IMG/VR virus record: IMGVR_UViG_3300028042_000004
DNA: 64,000 nucleotides
Direction: 5' to 3' (one strand)
Source of the DNA: a virus
Part shown: one piece after another, positions 42,801 to 51,856 of the stretch
Layout of the letters: every line of letters starts with the position of its first letter
How positions within the stretch are numbered: the stretch's first letter is position 1
Program-made: the position numbers and the translations under genes
Notes under the pieces: model-generated
What the model saw: only the letters and a program-made list of their open reading frames with translations
Database searches by the model: none
Told to the model about the DNA's origin: nothing

Positions 42801-45800
42801 GCTACGTAAAGCTCTTCTACTAAAGCAGTTATCTTTGCTATCTCCTCCTTAACAACACTATCCATATTATATGAAGTGTTTGAAAAGACACTACTGGCCT
42901 CTATAAAGTTTTCATAAGCATCTCTATCGCTGTAGTCTTTCATAAGTTCTACCACAGCTGTGAAGAAATTAATAACATTCTTAGAATCTTCGTCAGATAT
43001 ACCTGCTTCTTTTGTAATACTATTCAATGTTGATATAATATTGCTTGGAGAAAATGCAGCTCCTTCAGCTGAAAGTTCTTTAACTCTATCGTTAAACGCT
43101 CTTGCTATACTTCTATCAACTTCTTCTGCAGCTTTCTTAGCAGCTTCTTCTTTATCAGCCTTTTCTTTAGCTTTCTTTTCAGCCTCTTTTCTCTTCTTCT
43201 CAGCATCAGCCTCTTCTTTGGCTTTACGCTTCTCTTCTTTAGTCTTCTTTTTATTCTTCTCAGCTTTCTCCTTCTCTTCTTCCTCCTTCTTCTCTCTTGC
43301 TTCCTTCTCCTCTTCAGTCTCTGGTTCTACTTCAGGCTCCGCTTGTTTACCACTATCATCAGCCTCTATATCAGCTAAAATATCAAGATTATGCTTAATA
43401 TAAGCTTTCTTATCTTTAGAGTCAACAGATACATCTGGTCGTCTTACTTCTCCATCTATACGATCAGATTCATTATCTACTGGTATGATAATAGCATCAT
43501 CTTTTGTTATAATAAGTCCAAAGTCTTTTGCTCTAGTAACAACTGTATTAAGATTCTTTCTCATCTTATCATAGCTCTCTTGGGCCGCGCCCTCAACTCT
43601 CTTAGCAGCAGGTATCTCAGCTATAACATAATTAGCTTCAGATCCTCCTATAGAAGCATTATCTATAATACTAACTCTGTCTGGATACTTCTTAATCATA
43701 GCTTTAACTCTAGGTAATCCATCAAGTGAATCATTAAAGTCTATTAAGCTATCTGGTGAAATTATAATATTGAAAGTACTGTCTTTTTTAAGATTCTCCT
43801 CCATATTAGTAAGCAGCTCATCGTCTGATAAATGCTTTAATAATGCAGAGCTATCTGTATCATCTGGCTTACTATCTAAACGCATTCCATAAAACTTACC
43901 ATCAAGAAGTCCGTACTTAGTCTTCTTCTCTACTATAAGGCTATATCCAGCTTCTGCAGCTGTCATAGGATCATATTTTTTTGTAAGTGTCTCTATAGCT
44001 GCTGTTAAATATGAGTTTCTAGCTCTCATAGAGAAGTTCATATAATCAATTGGAAAGGCATTTGCCCATCCTAAACTACTTCCAGATGCTGCACCAGATT
44101 GGTCAGTATCTCCCATAACAATCCATGCAAGTTCTTGATTAGTTCCTCTATGCTTAGAATTATATGTAGCTATAAGCTCATTTATATTTTCAAGGGTGAT
44201 AGTACCATCTGTTTTACTATTATTAGCAAAGTTAACATAAGTCACTTCATCCATAACAATAGCTCCAATCTTTTGTAATGTCTTGATAGCCTCTTTATCG
44301 TTCTCAACAGCAGCTTTCTCTAGTAAATCATAAAGCTCTTCAACTGTTCTACCAGGTTGCCCACCAGCCATTTTACCTACTGAATCTGTTATTATCTTTA
44401 CTTGTGTACTATGATTAGATACTGGAGCAACTTCTAGTGCTGTCCCCTCAAATCGTTTATTCAATACATCTATTCCAAGACCTATACCAATATCTGCTAC
44501 AGCAGTAGACTTTCCAGTACCAGCTGCTCCTCTAACGAATATAGCATTAATAGTGGTCCCAGTAAAGAACTCTCCATCTTTAAATGCGTCACGTAATTCT
44601 TTAGAATATATGTAAGCAGATGAATATTTGGCAGCCCTTTCCTGCAATGCTAATAAAGCAAACTCTTTACTATCTTCTCCAATACTCTCTAGTCTAGCTT
44701 TTGACGCTGCATAGTAGTCTGTAAAATCTGTAGTAATAGCCCCAAGCAAAAAGTTTAAAACATCTATCTGTCTGACAGCTTTAGTACCATCACTAGATGC
44801 ACTACCTTTACTTTTTATATATTCTATTATAATATTCTTGATATCTTCCTGTGTACCGTCCTCATTCTCAAGCTCAGGTATGTCCTCATGAAATACTCTA
44901 TAAAGAATCTTTTCTATCTTTATATTCATCCTGGCTGTATCCACAAAGACATGTCTACCATTATACTCGCTCTCTCGTATTTTATCAAAATCAGTATGCT
45001 CATTTTCTATGAAGTCAACAAGTCTTCCAAGACCGCTAACACCAAGCAAAGAGTTATATGTTCTGAATTCTACTACAATAGCTTCATTTTTATTTTTAAC
45101 ATAAGGCACTGTAGTCTCCGTAGAAGTACCACCATTGGCCTCTATTATGATTGCTTTAGCTTTCTCTAGAAGTATATTAAGTAGTTTAAGTTTAGTAATA
45201 CCCTCTACACGTAATTTCACAAGTCCTACCTCACCAGTAAGTCCAACAGTAGTACTCTTAACATCTATGTCTTCACCGCTCTCAAGCATTTCTATCATAT
45301 CCCTAAGATCCTTCATATCTTCAAAACTTCCAAAACGATCAAACATATCTACTTTAAGAAGCTCTTCGTCTATCTTAACCTGAATCTCTACGTCATTTCC
45401 TTTACCATCATCTACTTCAACAATAGCATCTAAAGTACGTTTAACTTTACTAAGCTTTTCTACAATAGCATCATCATTATCTGTTGTAACACCCTCTTCC
45501 TCAGCTAGTAATGCCTTTTGCATTCTCACTGGATCATAAATAAAATCTACAAAGAAATCAGATAAAGCAGTCTTATCTTTATAAGCATGTACTTCTTCTA
45601 AAGTATCTGGTACCTCGTCCTCATCATATTCTCTATCAATAATACCAAGCACATTCTTTCTAAAGCTGCTAAGCATTTTACCATAGTCCTGTATACCTGG
45701 GCCATAGAACTTTCTAAATACATCAGCCATCTTATCTCTAAGATCAATCTGAAGAATTATATCATCTATTTGTTTATGGTCCTTCTTTGTAATAATATTA

Positions 45801-48800
45801 CCTATAGTATTATTAATAAGGTCAAGCACTTCAGAAATACCTTCATCAAAAATAGTTTCTTTAGTGAACTTCCCTTTTGATTCTGTTCTCATTATAACAC
45901 TTATATCCCCTCTAGTAAATGAGTTAGGGTCAAAGTATTGTCTAATCTTTGGGTCTAATGCTGTAGCAATTTCTCTACTCATTCTACTTAAAGCAAGATC
46001 TTTACTGCTTATAGAATCTAAAATAGATTTAGCTACTGGGTTATTAGATCTAGTAAGTGCTGCCAATAGTTTAACATTGGGGGAATTTATATCGTTACTA
46101 GTAGTACCTAATTCTCCATTAGCATCTAATTGAGGGATATCTTGTAAAACTATATTATCTATCCCGCTAAAAAAGCTTTCTATACTGATCTCTATGTTTT
46201 CATTAATAAAATCAAAATCTGATGCGAACTCTCCGCTCTCCTCTAATGCTTTTATATCAGCCATAGAGACTGGATACATTGACTTAAGCTTAGTATATAA
46301 CCCGTCGCCTAAAAATTCTCTATTTCCTTCAGCGTCATTCATAATAAGCTCAAGATATAGATCCTTCATATGGTCTGTATCAAGTTTTTTACCAGCGCTA
46401 TCTACACCAGTGAACTCTTTAAATATAGATCCCTTATGTTTAGGGTCCACTTTTGTTTTAAAATCCTTAAACAGATCAGAATTTTCTATCAGTTTTAAAA
46501 CGTGTTCCAAAGATTCTTTTGATATAAGACCTTTATTCTTTGCAAACATTCTATCAATATGCATGATATCTTCATCAGTCTCTATCTCCTTTATAGCCAG
46601 TATCTTAGATGTGTTTTGCTTAACTTTCTTAGCTTTTCTAAGGTGCACTTTCTCATCATCAAGAGATCTGAACACTGATTTATGCATTAAATCTATGAAT
46701 GGCTGGTCCCCAAGATGTTTGTATTTATCTGCTCTACTGCCCATTCCACCAAAAGCCTCATCATCTAAAAGCTCTTTTTGAAGTAAGTAATGCTCTGAAG
46801 CAGTACCATTAGCAACAGACCTAATCTTACTATATAGATCAAACATATTAGCAACATCTTCATCTGTAACAGTCTTTAAAGATTCTAATTGACGCTCTAA
46901 TATATTAAGTCTCTCCTTCTTACTATCCTCATCTTTAGGATATCTTTTCTCAACTACCTCTTTCTTAAGTTTTCCTTTCTTTCCTTTCTTACCTGTAGAC
47001 TCTTCATCAACCGCTACTGCTTTAGTATTTACTTGTTTCTTAAGCTTTTCAATTTCAGTTGTCTTTTCCTCTATTTGGTTTGATACACTCTTAACAATCT
47101 TAGGAATCTCTAGCTGAAGCTCTTGCTCTGTTAGATTATCAAATTGAGTTAGTATACCAACATCTAATCCTGTTCTTTTGAATAATGCAAATAACTCTGT
47201 AGAGTTTCTGATATAGTCTTTTCTCATAGCTATACCACTAATATCCTCTTTATAGAAGTCATCTGATTGTAATTTAAGCATAGCAACACCACCAAGCCCG
47301 TGTTTCATAAATGTTTCAACATCCTCAACATCAAGCTCATACATTTTATATATCATATCACCAAGAGATTCCATATCTTGCCCTTGTATGATAGGCTCAA
47401 AAGTACTAATCTCTTCATTATATTGTGTAGATAAATCGATTGGGCCCAATTCTCCTTTGGCCTTCATCTCTCTTAACACACTAAAAAGTTCTTCTTGTCT
47501 TCCTTGTAATACTATATCAACTATTGAACTTATAGGAGTGATATTATGCTTGCTTCCAATCATACCCATTCCACCACCAAGACCACCAAGTAGTCCAGAA
47601 GATGCTACTCTTTTAGCAAGATCTGGGAAAAACCCCTCATCAAAAATAGACATAAATCTACCTTTACCTGCCTCCTTAGCTCCTTGAACAATAGCACCAT
47701 AAGCACTGGCCCCTTGCTTAACAAGTTCTTGTCCTATCTCTTCACTCATCTCCTCAAGAGCTTCTTGTTGCATTTCATACATCAATCTGCTTGCTCCAGG
47801 TTTACTCGCATTAGTGTAGAGTACTTTAAAAAGTTTCCCCATTTTTTCAGACATCCAAGAAAAAGCTACTTTTCCTTTAGCACTATTAACTCCTTTTTGT
47901 ATTGCTACTGAAGATGCTTTTTCTGCCTGCTCTACTATTTTTGTAAAGGCCTTTGATATAAATCCTGGCTGCTCCTCTACTATAAGTTGTTTAATACCTG
48001 CTCTTGCCTGCTTAACATCAAATTCACCAGTAATATAACCAGCAAATCTAGTAGCCTGCCATAACGCCGCAACAGTAGCAGCAGTAATAAGAGCAGCATC
48101 TCTTTCACTAAAACCATTATCAAGAGCCTCATTATAAGAGTCCTTTGCAGCAAGTGATGTAAGTGTAGTTCTAACTACTTTGTTCGCCCAAGCTTGTTGT
48201 GCTTTGATTAATGCATTACCAGTAAGGTTACCTTTCATTAATTTGGCTGCACCAGACCCTATAGATCCAAGCCCTCTCGCTAAGAATATTTGTCCAGCAA
48301 CAGAGAATACAGCATCAAGCTGTGCTTCAAAACTACCAAACACACCATCAGTCATTGCCTCACGTGAAGATGAAGTCTTTAAACCTTTAAGTGTAATACC
48401 TATACCAGACATAACTTTATAGAATTCACTGTCTACTACGTCTAGTTTATCTTTATCTTTTCTAAATAGATTGGCAGCACTGTAAGAAAGAACAGTACCA
48501 ACTCTCATCATCTGTACAACTGTATCCAGCGTATCTGCAAATAAATTCACAGGGGCCCTAACAATTGCCTTTGTATAGTCTAAGATGCCGTCAGCTTCCA
48601 GACCATTATTTTTTAATAATCCATCAAAAGCACTTCCAGTATCAAGATCATGTCTAGATACTACTTGATCATTTCTAACATCCACAAATTCTTGTTCAGA
48701 ATCACTCCATACTTGCCCATCACGAGAGATATCAAAAAATACACCGTATACACCTGCTCTAGGGTCTTGGCTTTTCCATATATCTCCATATACAAGACCA

Positions 48801-49420
48801 TCAGATCCCATACTCATTATATTATCAAGTAAAGATGGAGAGTAGTCATAATATGTCATAACTGGATTACCGTCGGCATCAAGCTTTACATCTCTAACGA
48901 ATTTAAAGTTCTCTCTTTCGTCCCATCTAGGATCACTCCATTCATCTCCAGTTTGCAGGGTTCCCCACATATTTTGAAAACGCTCTGAGATATCGGTTCT
49001 ATATCTATCTTTAGTAGAAAGAAATACTTCAGAAGCAGTCTTACTATTTTGATGAACATCTAATTTAAAAAGAGAGTATTCTTTTTTTGTATTGTCATAG
49101 AACTTATTAAATTCTATTCTAGCATTAACTCCAAAAGCCTCACTAAACTTGTCACGGATTCCTTCATCATCCCAATAGTCATCAGAACTTTTAAGTTGAT
49201 CAAAAGCGTCTACACCATAATAATTAGATAAATCATGTGTACTAATATCAGGATTAAGCATTCTCTCCTTAAGCCAGTCTACTTTTTTAGTAGGGTCTTC
49301 TCCTTTAACCTCTTTCTCAAGTTTTCTCACCTGCTCTTCCTTCACTCTATTTCTAGTAGAAGTAGCTTCGTCAACATTATTACCTTGTTGCTGTCCTTGT
49401 TGTGCTGTAGTTTCTGACAT
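39872..49420 (-). CDS. giant virion (ejected) protein with membrane-like N-terminal segments and an SF1 helicase-like domain
   Basis: Gly/Ala-rich hydrophobic helices at about 47550-48450; GAAGTGKS (44507-44530), VMDEVT, MGDTDQ, SIGGSE, NTVVTRA (43529-43549); K/E-rich helical linker at about 43130-43350. Confidence 0.72.
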   Translation of the reverse strand: MSETTAQQGQQQGNNVDEATSTRNRVKEEQVRKLEKEVKGEDPTKKVDWLKERMLNPDISTHDLSNYYGVDAFDQLKSSDDYWDDEGIRDKFSEAFGVNARIEFNKFYDNTKKEYSLFKLDVHQNSKTASEVFLSTKDRYRTDISERFQNMWGTLQTGDEWSDPRWDERENFKFVRDVKLDADGNPVMTYYDYSPSLLDNIMSMGSDGLVYGDIWKSQDPRAGVYGVFFDISRDGQVWSDSEQEFVDVRNDQVVSRHDLDTGSAFDGLLKNNGLEADGILDYTKAIVRAPVNLFADTLDTVVQMMRVGTVLSYSAANLFRKDKDKLDVVDSEFYKVMSGIGITLKGLKTSSSREAMTDGVFGSFEAQLDAVFSVAGQIFLARGLGSIGSGAAKLMKGNLTGNALIKAQQAWANKVVRTTLTSLAAKDSYNEALDNGFSERDAALITAATVAALWQATRFAGYITGEFDVKQARAGIKQLIVEEQPGFISKAFTKIVEQAEKASSVAIQKGVNSAKGKVAFSWMSEKMGKLFKVLYTNASKPGASRLMYEMQQEALEEMSEEIGQELVKQGASAYGAIVQGAKEAGKGRFMSIFDEGFFPDLAKRVASSGLLGGLGGGMGMIGSKHNITPISSIVDIVLQGRQEELFSVLREMKAKGELGPIDLSTQYNEEISTFEPIIQGQDMESLGDMIYKMYELDVEDVETFMKHGLGGVAMLKLQSDDFYKEDISGIAMRKDYIRNSTELFALFKRTGLDVGILTQFDNLTEQELQLEIPKIVKSVSNQIEEKTTEIEKLKKQVNTKAVAVDEESTGKKGKKGKLKKEVVEKRYPKDEDSKKERLNILERQLESLKTVTDEDVANMFDLYSKIRSVANGTASEHYLLQKELLDDEAFGGMGSRADKYKHLGDQPFIDLMHKSVFRSLDDEKVHLRKAKKVKQNTSKILAIKEIETDEDIMHIDRMFAKNKGLISKESLEHVLKLIENSDLFKDFKTKVDPKHKGSIFKEFTGVDSAGKKLDTDHMKDLYLELIMNDAEGNREFLGDGLYTKLKSMYPVSMADIKALEESGEFASDFDFINENIEISIESFFSGIDNIVLQDIPQLDANGELGTTSNDINSPNVKLLAALTRSNNPVAKSILDSISSKDLALSRMSREIATALDPKIRQYFDPNSFTRGDISVIMRTESKGKFTKETIFDEGISEVLDLINNTIGNIITKKDHKQIDDIILQIDLRDKMADVFRKFYGPGIQDYGKMLSSFRKNVLGIIDREYDEDEVPDTLEEVHAYKDKTALSDFFVDFIYDPVRMQKALLAEEEGVTTDNDDAIVEKLSKVKRTLDAIVEVDDGKGNDVEIQVKIDEELLKVDMFDRFGSFEDMKDLRDMIEMLESGEDIDVKSTTVGLTGEVGLVKLRVEGITKLKLLNILLEKAKAIIIEANGGTSTETTVPYVKNKNEAIVVEFRTYNSLLGVSGLGRLVDFIENEHTDFDKIRESEYNGRHVFVDTARMNIKIEKILYRVFHEDIPELENEDGTQEDIKNIIIEYIKSKGSASSDGTKAVRQIDVLNFLLGAITTDFTDYYAASKARLESIGEDSKEFALLALQERAAKYSSAYIYSKELRDAFKDGEFFTGTTINAIFVRGAAGTGKSTAVADIGIGLGIDVLNKRFEGTALEVAPVSNHSTQVKIITDSVGKMAGGQPGRTVEELYDLLEKAAVENDKEAIKTLQKIGAIVMDEVTYVNFANNSKTDGTITLENINELIATYNSKHRGTNQELAWIVMGDTDQSGAASGSSLGWANAFPIDYMNFSMRARNSYLTAAIETLTKKYDPMTAAEAGYSLIVEKKTKYGLLDGKFYGMRLDSKPDDTDSSALLKHLSDDELLTNMEENLKKDSTFNIIISPDSLIDFNDSLDGLPRVKAMIKKYPDRVSIIDNASIGGSEANYVIAEIPAAKRVEGAAQESYDKMRKNLNTVVTRAKDFGLIITKDDAIIIPVDNESDRIDGEVRRPDVSVDSKDKKAYIKHNLDILADIEADDSGKQAEPEVEPETEEEKEAREKKEEEEKEKAEKNKKKTKEEKRKAKEEADAEKKRKEAEKKAKEKADKEEAAKKAAEEVDRSIARAFNDRVKELSAEGAAFSPSNIISTLNSITKEAGISDEDSKNVINFFTAVVELMKDYSDRDAYENFIEASSVFSNTSYNMDSVVKEEIAKITALVEELYVAENFARKKMPSKSLADFSTGVISRAEGYLMTKEEANNKEAAETKRKKLELDDSLRSSFKKYYEGDSKDPAVAKKIEELAYIIKMLDGGFLLLSEDEETAFYDIFSTLVNELNTFDTTKNYAVTVDFKYFMDVFRPLFVNIDFPATKLPAIDPTDNMISDFNLLINKGKTLAEIDAVIAELEKMAKGDADTLTVGGELVDHFNDLINRYEFNSVVNALLNLAKEAKNTLRAKTSIDKKKERLDAFLLYLDIGSDNYTEVRKSLYSILNSKDNYVGTNEEMEKRRKYAAVALKLVNELFPAKKKGKKGKGAHLYNRSDNTLDSYIIDIEKGVRKGQVYTADVNPRYFSTDFKSYMATNKIEVADAATLKKIKDTMGATSYQVVAIKGKYKSAYLVATFGGKKYIVSAFIFSKATGTVLELSKQIDRVFKKGDGVETVGDNQIFITSKLDKDGIIMRASRINLANGSKKGKSIKELKEAGVIFSKKPYQVNTDASDRGAYFYLYTYSPNVDLESKEVKDAIKKENVLSNNKQITFVLNGVEVTIGLMPFKVDVKAKDIMAVYNDLGATVPSMPNMASYVAQLAMLHYYDADSDKYDNLTDAGKGFIDKVRKSFEKEVGEGQRKKAIEILERIVVGGDKDIIDFLTDLAVTAVADLDDGNRVYIRTYNSYALNLSVILGKTSPDSFFTALDKLYAETGTRFKFTVLEGTLNTPFIELGKAFSGLDEDLSTSTVSIDDPKFALKRSIIGDISPNIVVAPGKKIIKKKVVKTDTKKIPMNEIMKASFVFSDKYGVGTVEQLKKMMGTESAIEFVEKSLKAMISTVKKVEEGNYEGYTSDQLAQMKELVTKMEEALNSVKETNNNNIETEIDSAAVFAGEISLSTDYTITTDMRDALVNEDAVDMVAIVEKDFIKTSIVRKKIMNDFHTKLASVIGPDDYIEDVTASMEDIAYAMKEDATKARSTEGYMATIDNLIDLILKCN

Positions 49421-49423
49421 ATG

Positions 49424-51754
49424 TTATATTTTAATAAAGCTGTAAAGTGTATCATCATCACCACTTGTAACAATAAATTCTTTTTCAAACATCTTAAAGA
49501 ATCCATTTTGAATCTCATTAAGAGTAACTGCATCTTGTACTGTACCAGGAGTACCTTTCAGTGCTGATTGAGCTACTTCTGATTTAAGAGGAACAAATAC
49601 TGTTGCAGACCAGTGATCGTCACTGAATCCCCAACCAGATTTATCCATACCAATATCTTGCGCAAATGTATGCTCATCAGGTGATGCTTTTGATAACATG
49701 TCTTTTCTATCTTTACCTAAAGCATCTGCAATTTCTACACTACCGTATTCAGCATCCATTACTACTTGTACAGCTCCAAAGGCTCCAAGACGTATTCCTC
49801 CTTGATCTTTAAATCTACCAATACCAGTTCTAAGTTTATCCATAGCTTTTTTAGCTCTTTCTGCTCTATTGAAATTAGCCTTAGTTGTTGCATTAGGATT
49901 ATCATCATACTCTTTTTTGAACGCCGCAAAGTTTCTTCCCATTTGAACAAACTCATTAAAGTTCTTAATGTCTCTATCAGAGTTAGCATCTATTTTATTT
50001 CCAGGTAATAACTTATCAGCATCTATTGAAATCTTTTCTCCATTAAGAGGACTAACATTAAATGCTTTAATAAGGTCTTTTTTAGCAGCTAGCTTAAGTA
50101 TATTTATATCTCTCATAACTCCAGGAACAGGATTACCTTGTCTATCAATAGGCATTATAACCATATCAACATCAGTACCAGGCGCTATTCTTATTCCCTT
50201 GTCAACAAATCCTCTAGCATCTTTTTTCATAACACTTCTCATAGAATCTCCATTAGAGAAATATACTTCTGTACCACTCTTTATTTTACCAAGCTCTTCA
50301 TTAAGACCTAATGTAGCATTACGATTGATAGCCTCTTTATTATCTCCATTAACATCTGAAGATATATTAAGTTTTTGCTGTGTAACTACTCCATCGAACA
50401 TTACTAATTCAAGTGAATCAACATTCACAAGTTTATCTTTATCAGCGTTTAAATCTACTCTATTATTTTTATCAATAACATATTTCTTACTACTAGCTCC
50501 ACTACCAGAATAAGAATGTGTGAATAGGGCCCCAAGAGTATTAGAAAGTTTTGCTTTAGATGCTCCACCAGTACTCTCTTCTTTTTTAGATGATCCTGCC
50601 CCAGGCATTTTTAATGAATTATCAAAGAACTTATCTACAAGAGCTACTTGACGCATTCTATGCAGCCTCTTCGCTCTTGTTGCTGTATCTTTAATGTCTG
50701 CCAATAATTTTCTATTATAACTGCTTTTAAGTACTTCTGCTGTAAGAGATGCTGTAAGACCAGACTTATTCTCTACACCATTAAACACATCAAAGTATAC
50801 TTCTTTGATTATACTTTCCATCATGCTTTCTTTAGCATCTGGATCAGTTTTAATAGTAGGTTTTGATTCTCTTTGTATAGATCCTGTACCTTCTATATAA
50901 CTAGTGATCCCTTGTTGTATTTGATCTGACGTGATATACCCATTAAGGATACCACCCTCACTATCTTTTCTACCAAGCTTACCACCTATAACAGCATACT
51001 TTACTTTATCTTTTTGTATATCAATATAAAGTTCATCTAAAGTATTCTCCCCAACAGCACCTCCACCAAGGAAATCTTTTATGTATACATCTGAATTAGG
51101 TACATAATGGTTTTCTTGCCAAGTAGCATATTCGCCTTTTGACATTGCTCTATAGTCCTGAGGATTAGAGGTATATTTAGATACGTCTATAAAATCATAT
51201 TTACTGTTCTTACCGTCATATACAAACATTTGATTGTTATTAGAGACAGCAAGAGCATCTTTATCTTTTTGGTCCTTAAGTGTGCTATTAGCTTGATCAA
51301 ATAATTTTCTTTCATCCTTAAGTCTATTCTCATACTCAATACCTCTCTTCACTATCTTAGAATGCATTAGTTTAGCCTCATCAGAACCTAGCCAACCATT
51401 ACCATATTCACGTATTTTATCAGAATACGCTTTTTGTTCTATGTCATATTGTTTTTGAAAATGGTCACGGGAACCCGCAAGACCTCCAGTAAGCGTAGCA
51501 AATGGCTTGAAGTTCTCTGTCTTAGTTTTACCAGGCTTTTTATAAGAGTTTCTTGCTTTGTATGCAGCTCTCTCATCTCTTCTATCCATGTCTTCTCTGG
51601 CCATTTTTTGACGCATAAGCATCATTTCGTATGGATCTTCACGCCAATTATATCCACCAGCGAAAGACGAAAGTGTCCCACCTGATTGAAATTTCTTAGC
51701 TGTATTTAGTCTTTTGCCATACTTTATTATCCCTATCTGCTTTCTATTAATCAT
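49424..51754 (-). CDS. putative virion cargo protein
   Basis: 776 aa, Cys-free, N-terminal KKFQSGG motif; first gene after an intergenic terminator and promoter-like motif. Confidence 0.6.
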   Translation of the reverse strand: MINRKQIGIIKYGKRLNTAKKFQSGGTLSSFAGGYNWREDPYEMMLMRQKMAREDMDRRDERAAYKARNSYKKPGKTKTENFKPFATLTGGLAGSRDHFQKQYDIEQKAYSDKIREYGNGWLGSDEAKLMHSKIVKRGIEYENRLKDERKLFDQANSTLKDQKDKDALAVSNNNQMFVYDGKNSKYDFIDVSKYTSNPQDYRAMSKGEYATWQENHYVPNSDVYIKDFLGGGAVGENTLDELYIDIQKDKVKYAVIGGKLGRKDSEGGILNGYITSDQIQQGITSYIEGTGSIQRESKPTIKTDPDAKESMMESIIKEVYFDVFNGVENKSGLTASLTAEVLKSSYNRKLLADIKDTATRAKRLHRMRQVALVDKFFDNSLKMPGAGSSKKEESTGGASKAKLSNTLGALFTHSYSGSGASSKKYVIDKNNRVDLNADKDKLVNVDSLELVMFDGVVTQQKLNISSDVNGDNKEAINRNATLGLNEELGKIKSGTEVYFSNGDSMRSVMKKDARGFVDKGIRIAPGTDVDMVIMPIDRQGNPVPGVMRDINILKLAAKKDLIKAFNVSPLNGEKISIDADKLLPGNKIDANSDRDIKNFNEFVQMGRNFAAFKKEYDDNPNATTKANFNRAERAKKAMDKLRTGIGRFKDQGGIRLGAFGAVQVVMDAEYGSVEIADALGKDRKDMLSKASPDEHTFAQDIGMDKSGWGFSDDHWSATVFVPLKSEVAQSALKGTPGTVQDAVTLNEIQNGFFKMFEKEFIVTSGDDDTLYSFIKI

Positions 51755-51785
51755 CTGAAAAATTTATTTTGTACGTTACCTTTTC

Positions 51786-51798
51786 ATATAATACTAAA
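51786..51798 (-). promoter_or_regulatory. putative phage late promoter motif TTTAGTATTATAT, copy 1
   Basis: 13/13 identical to 56222-56234; intergenic, 31 nt upstream of the ATG, just downstream of a terminator. Confidence 0.5.
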
Positions 51799-51805
51799 AA
51801 TAAAT

Positions 51806-51831
51806 GAAAAAAGCCCCCGTATGGAGGCCTT
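51806..51831 (-). terminator. Rho-independent terminator after the 1293-aa gene
   Basis: Minus strand AAGGCCTCC-ATAC-GGGGGCTT-TTTT. Confidence 0.75.
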
Positions 51832-51856
51832 AATCTATCTAGAGTAATTATTATGT

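Noticed and set aside
43130-43350. E/K-rich stretch resembling TolA or a DNA tandem repeat
   Set aside because: Compositional low complexity without a DNA repeat unit; treated as a helical linker
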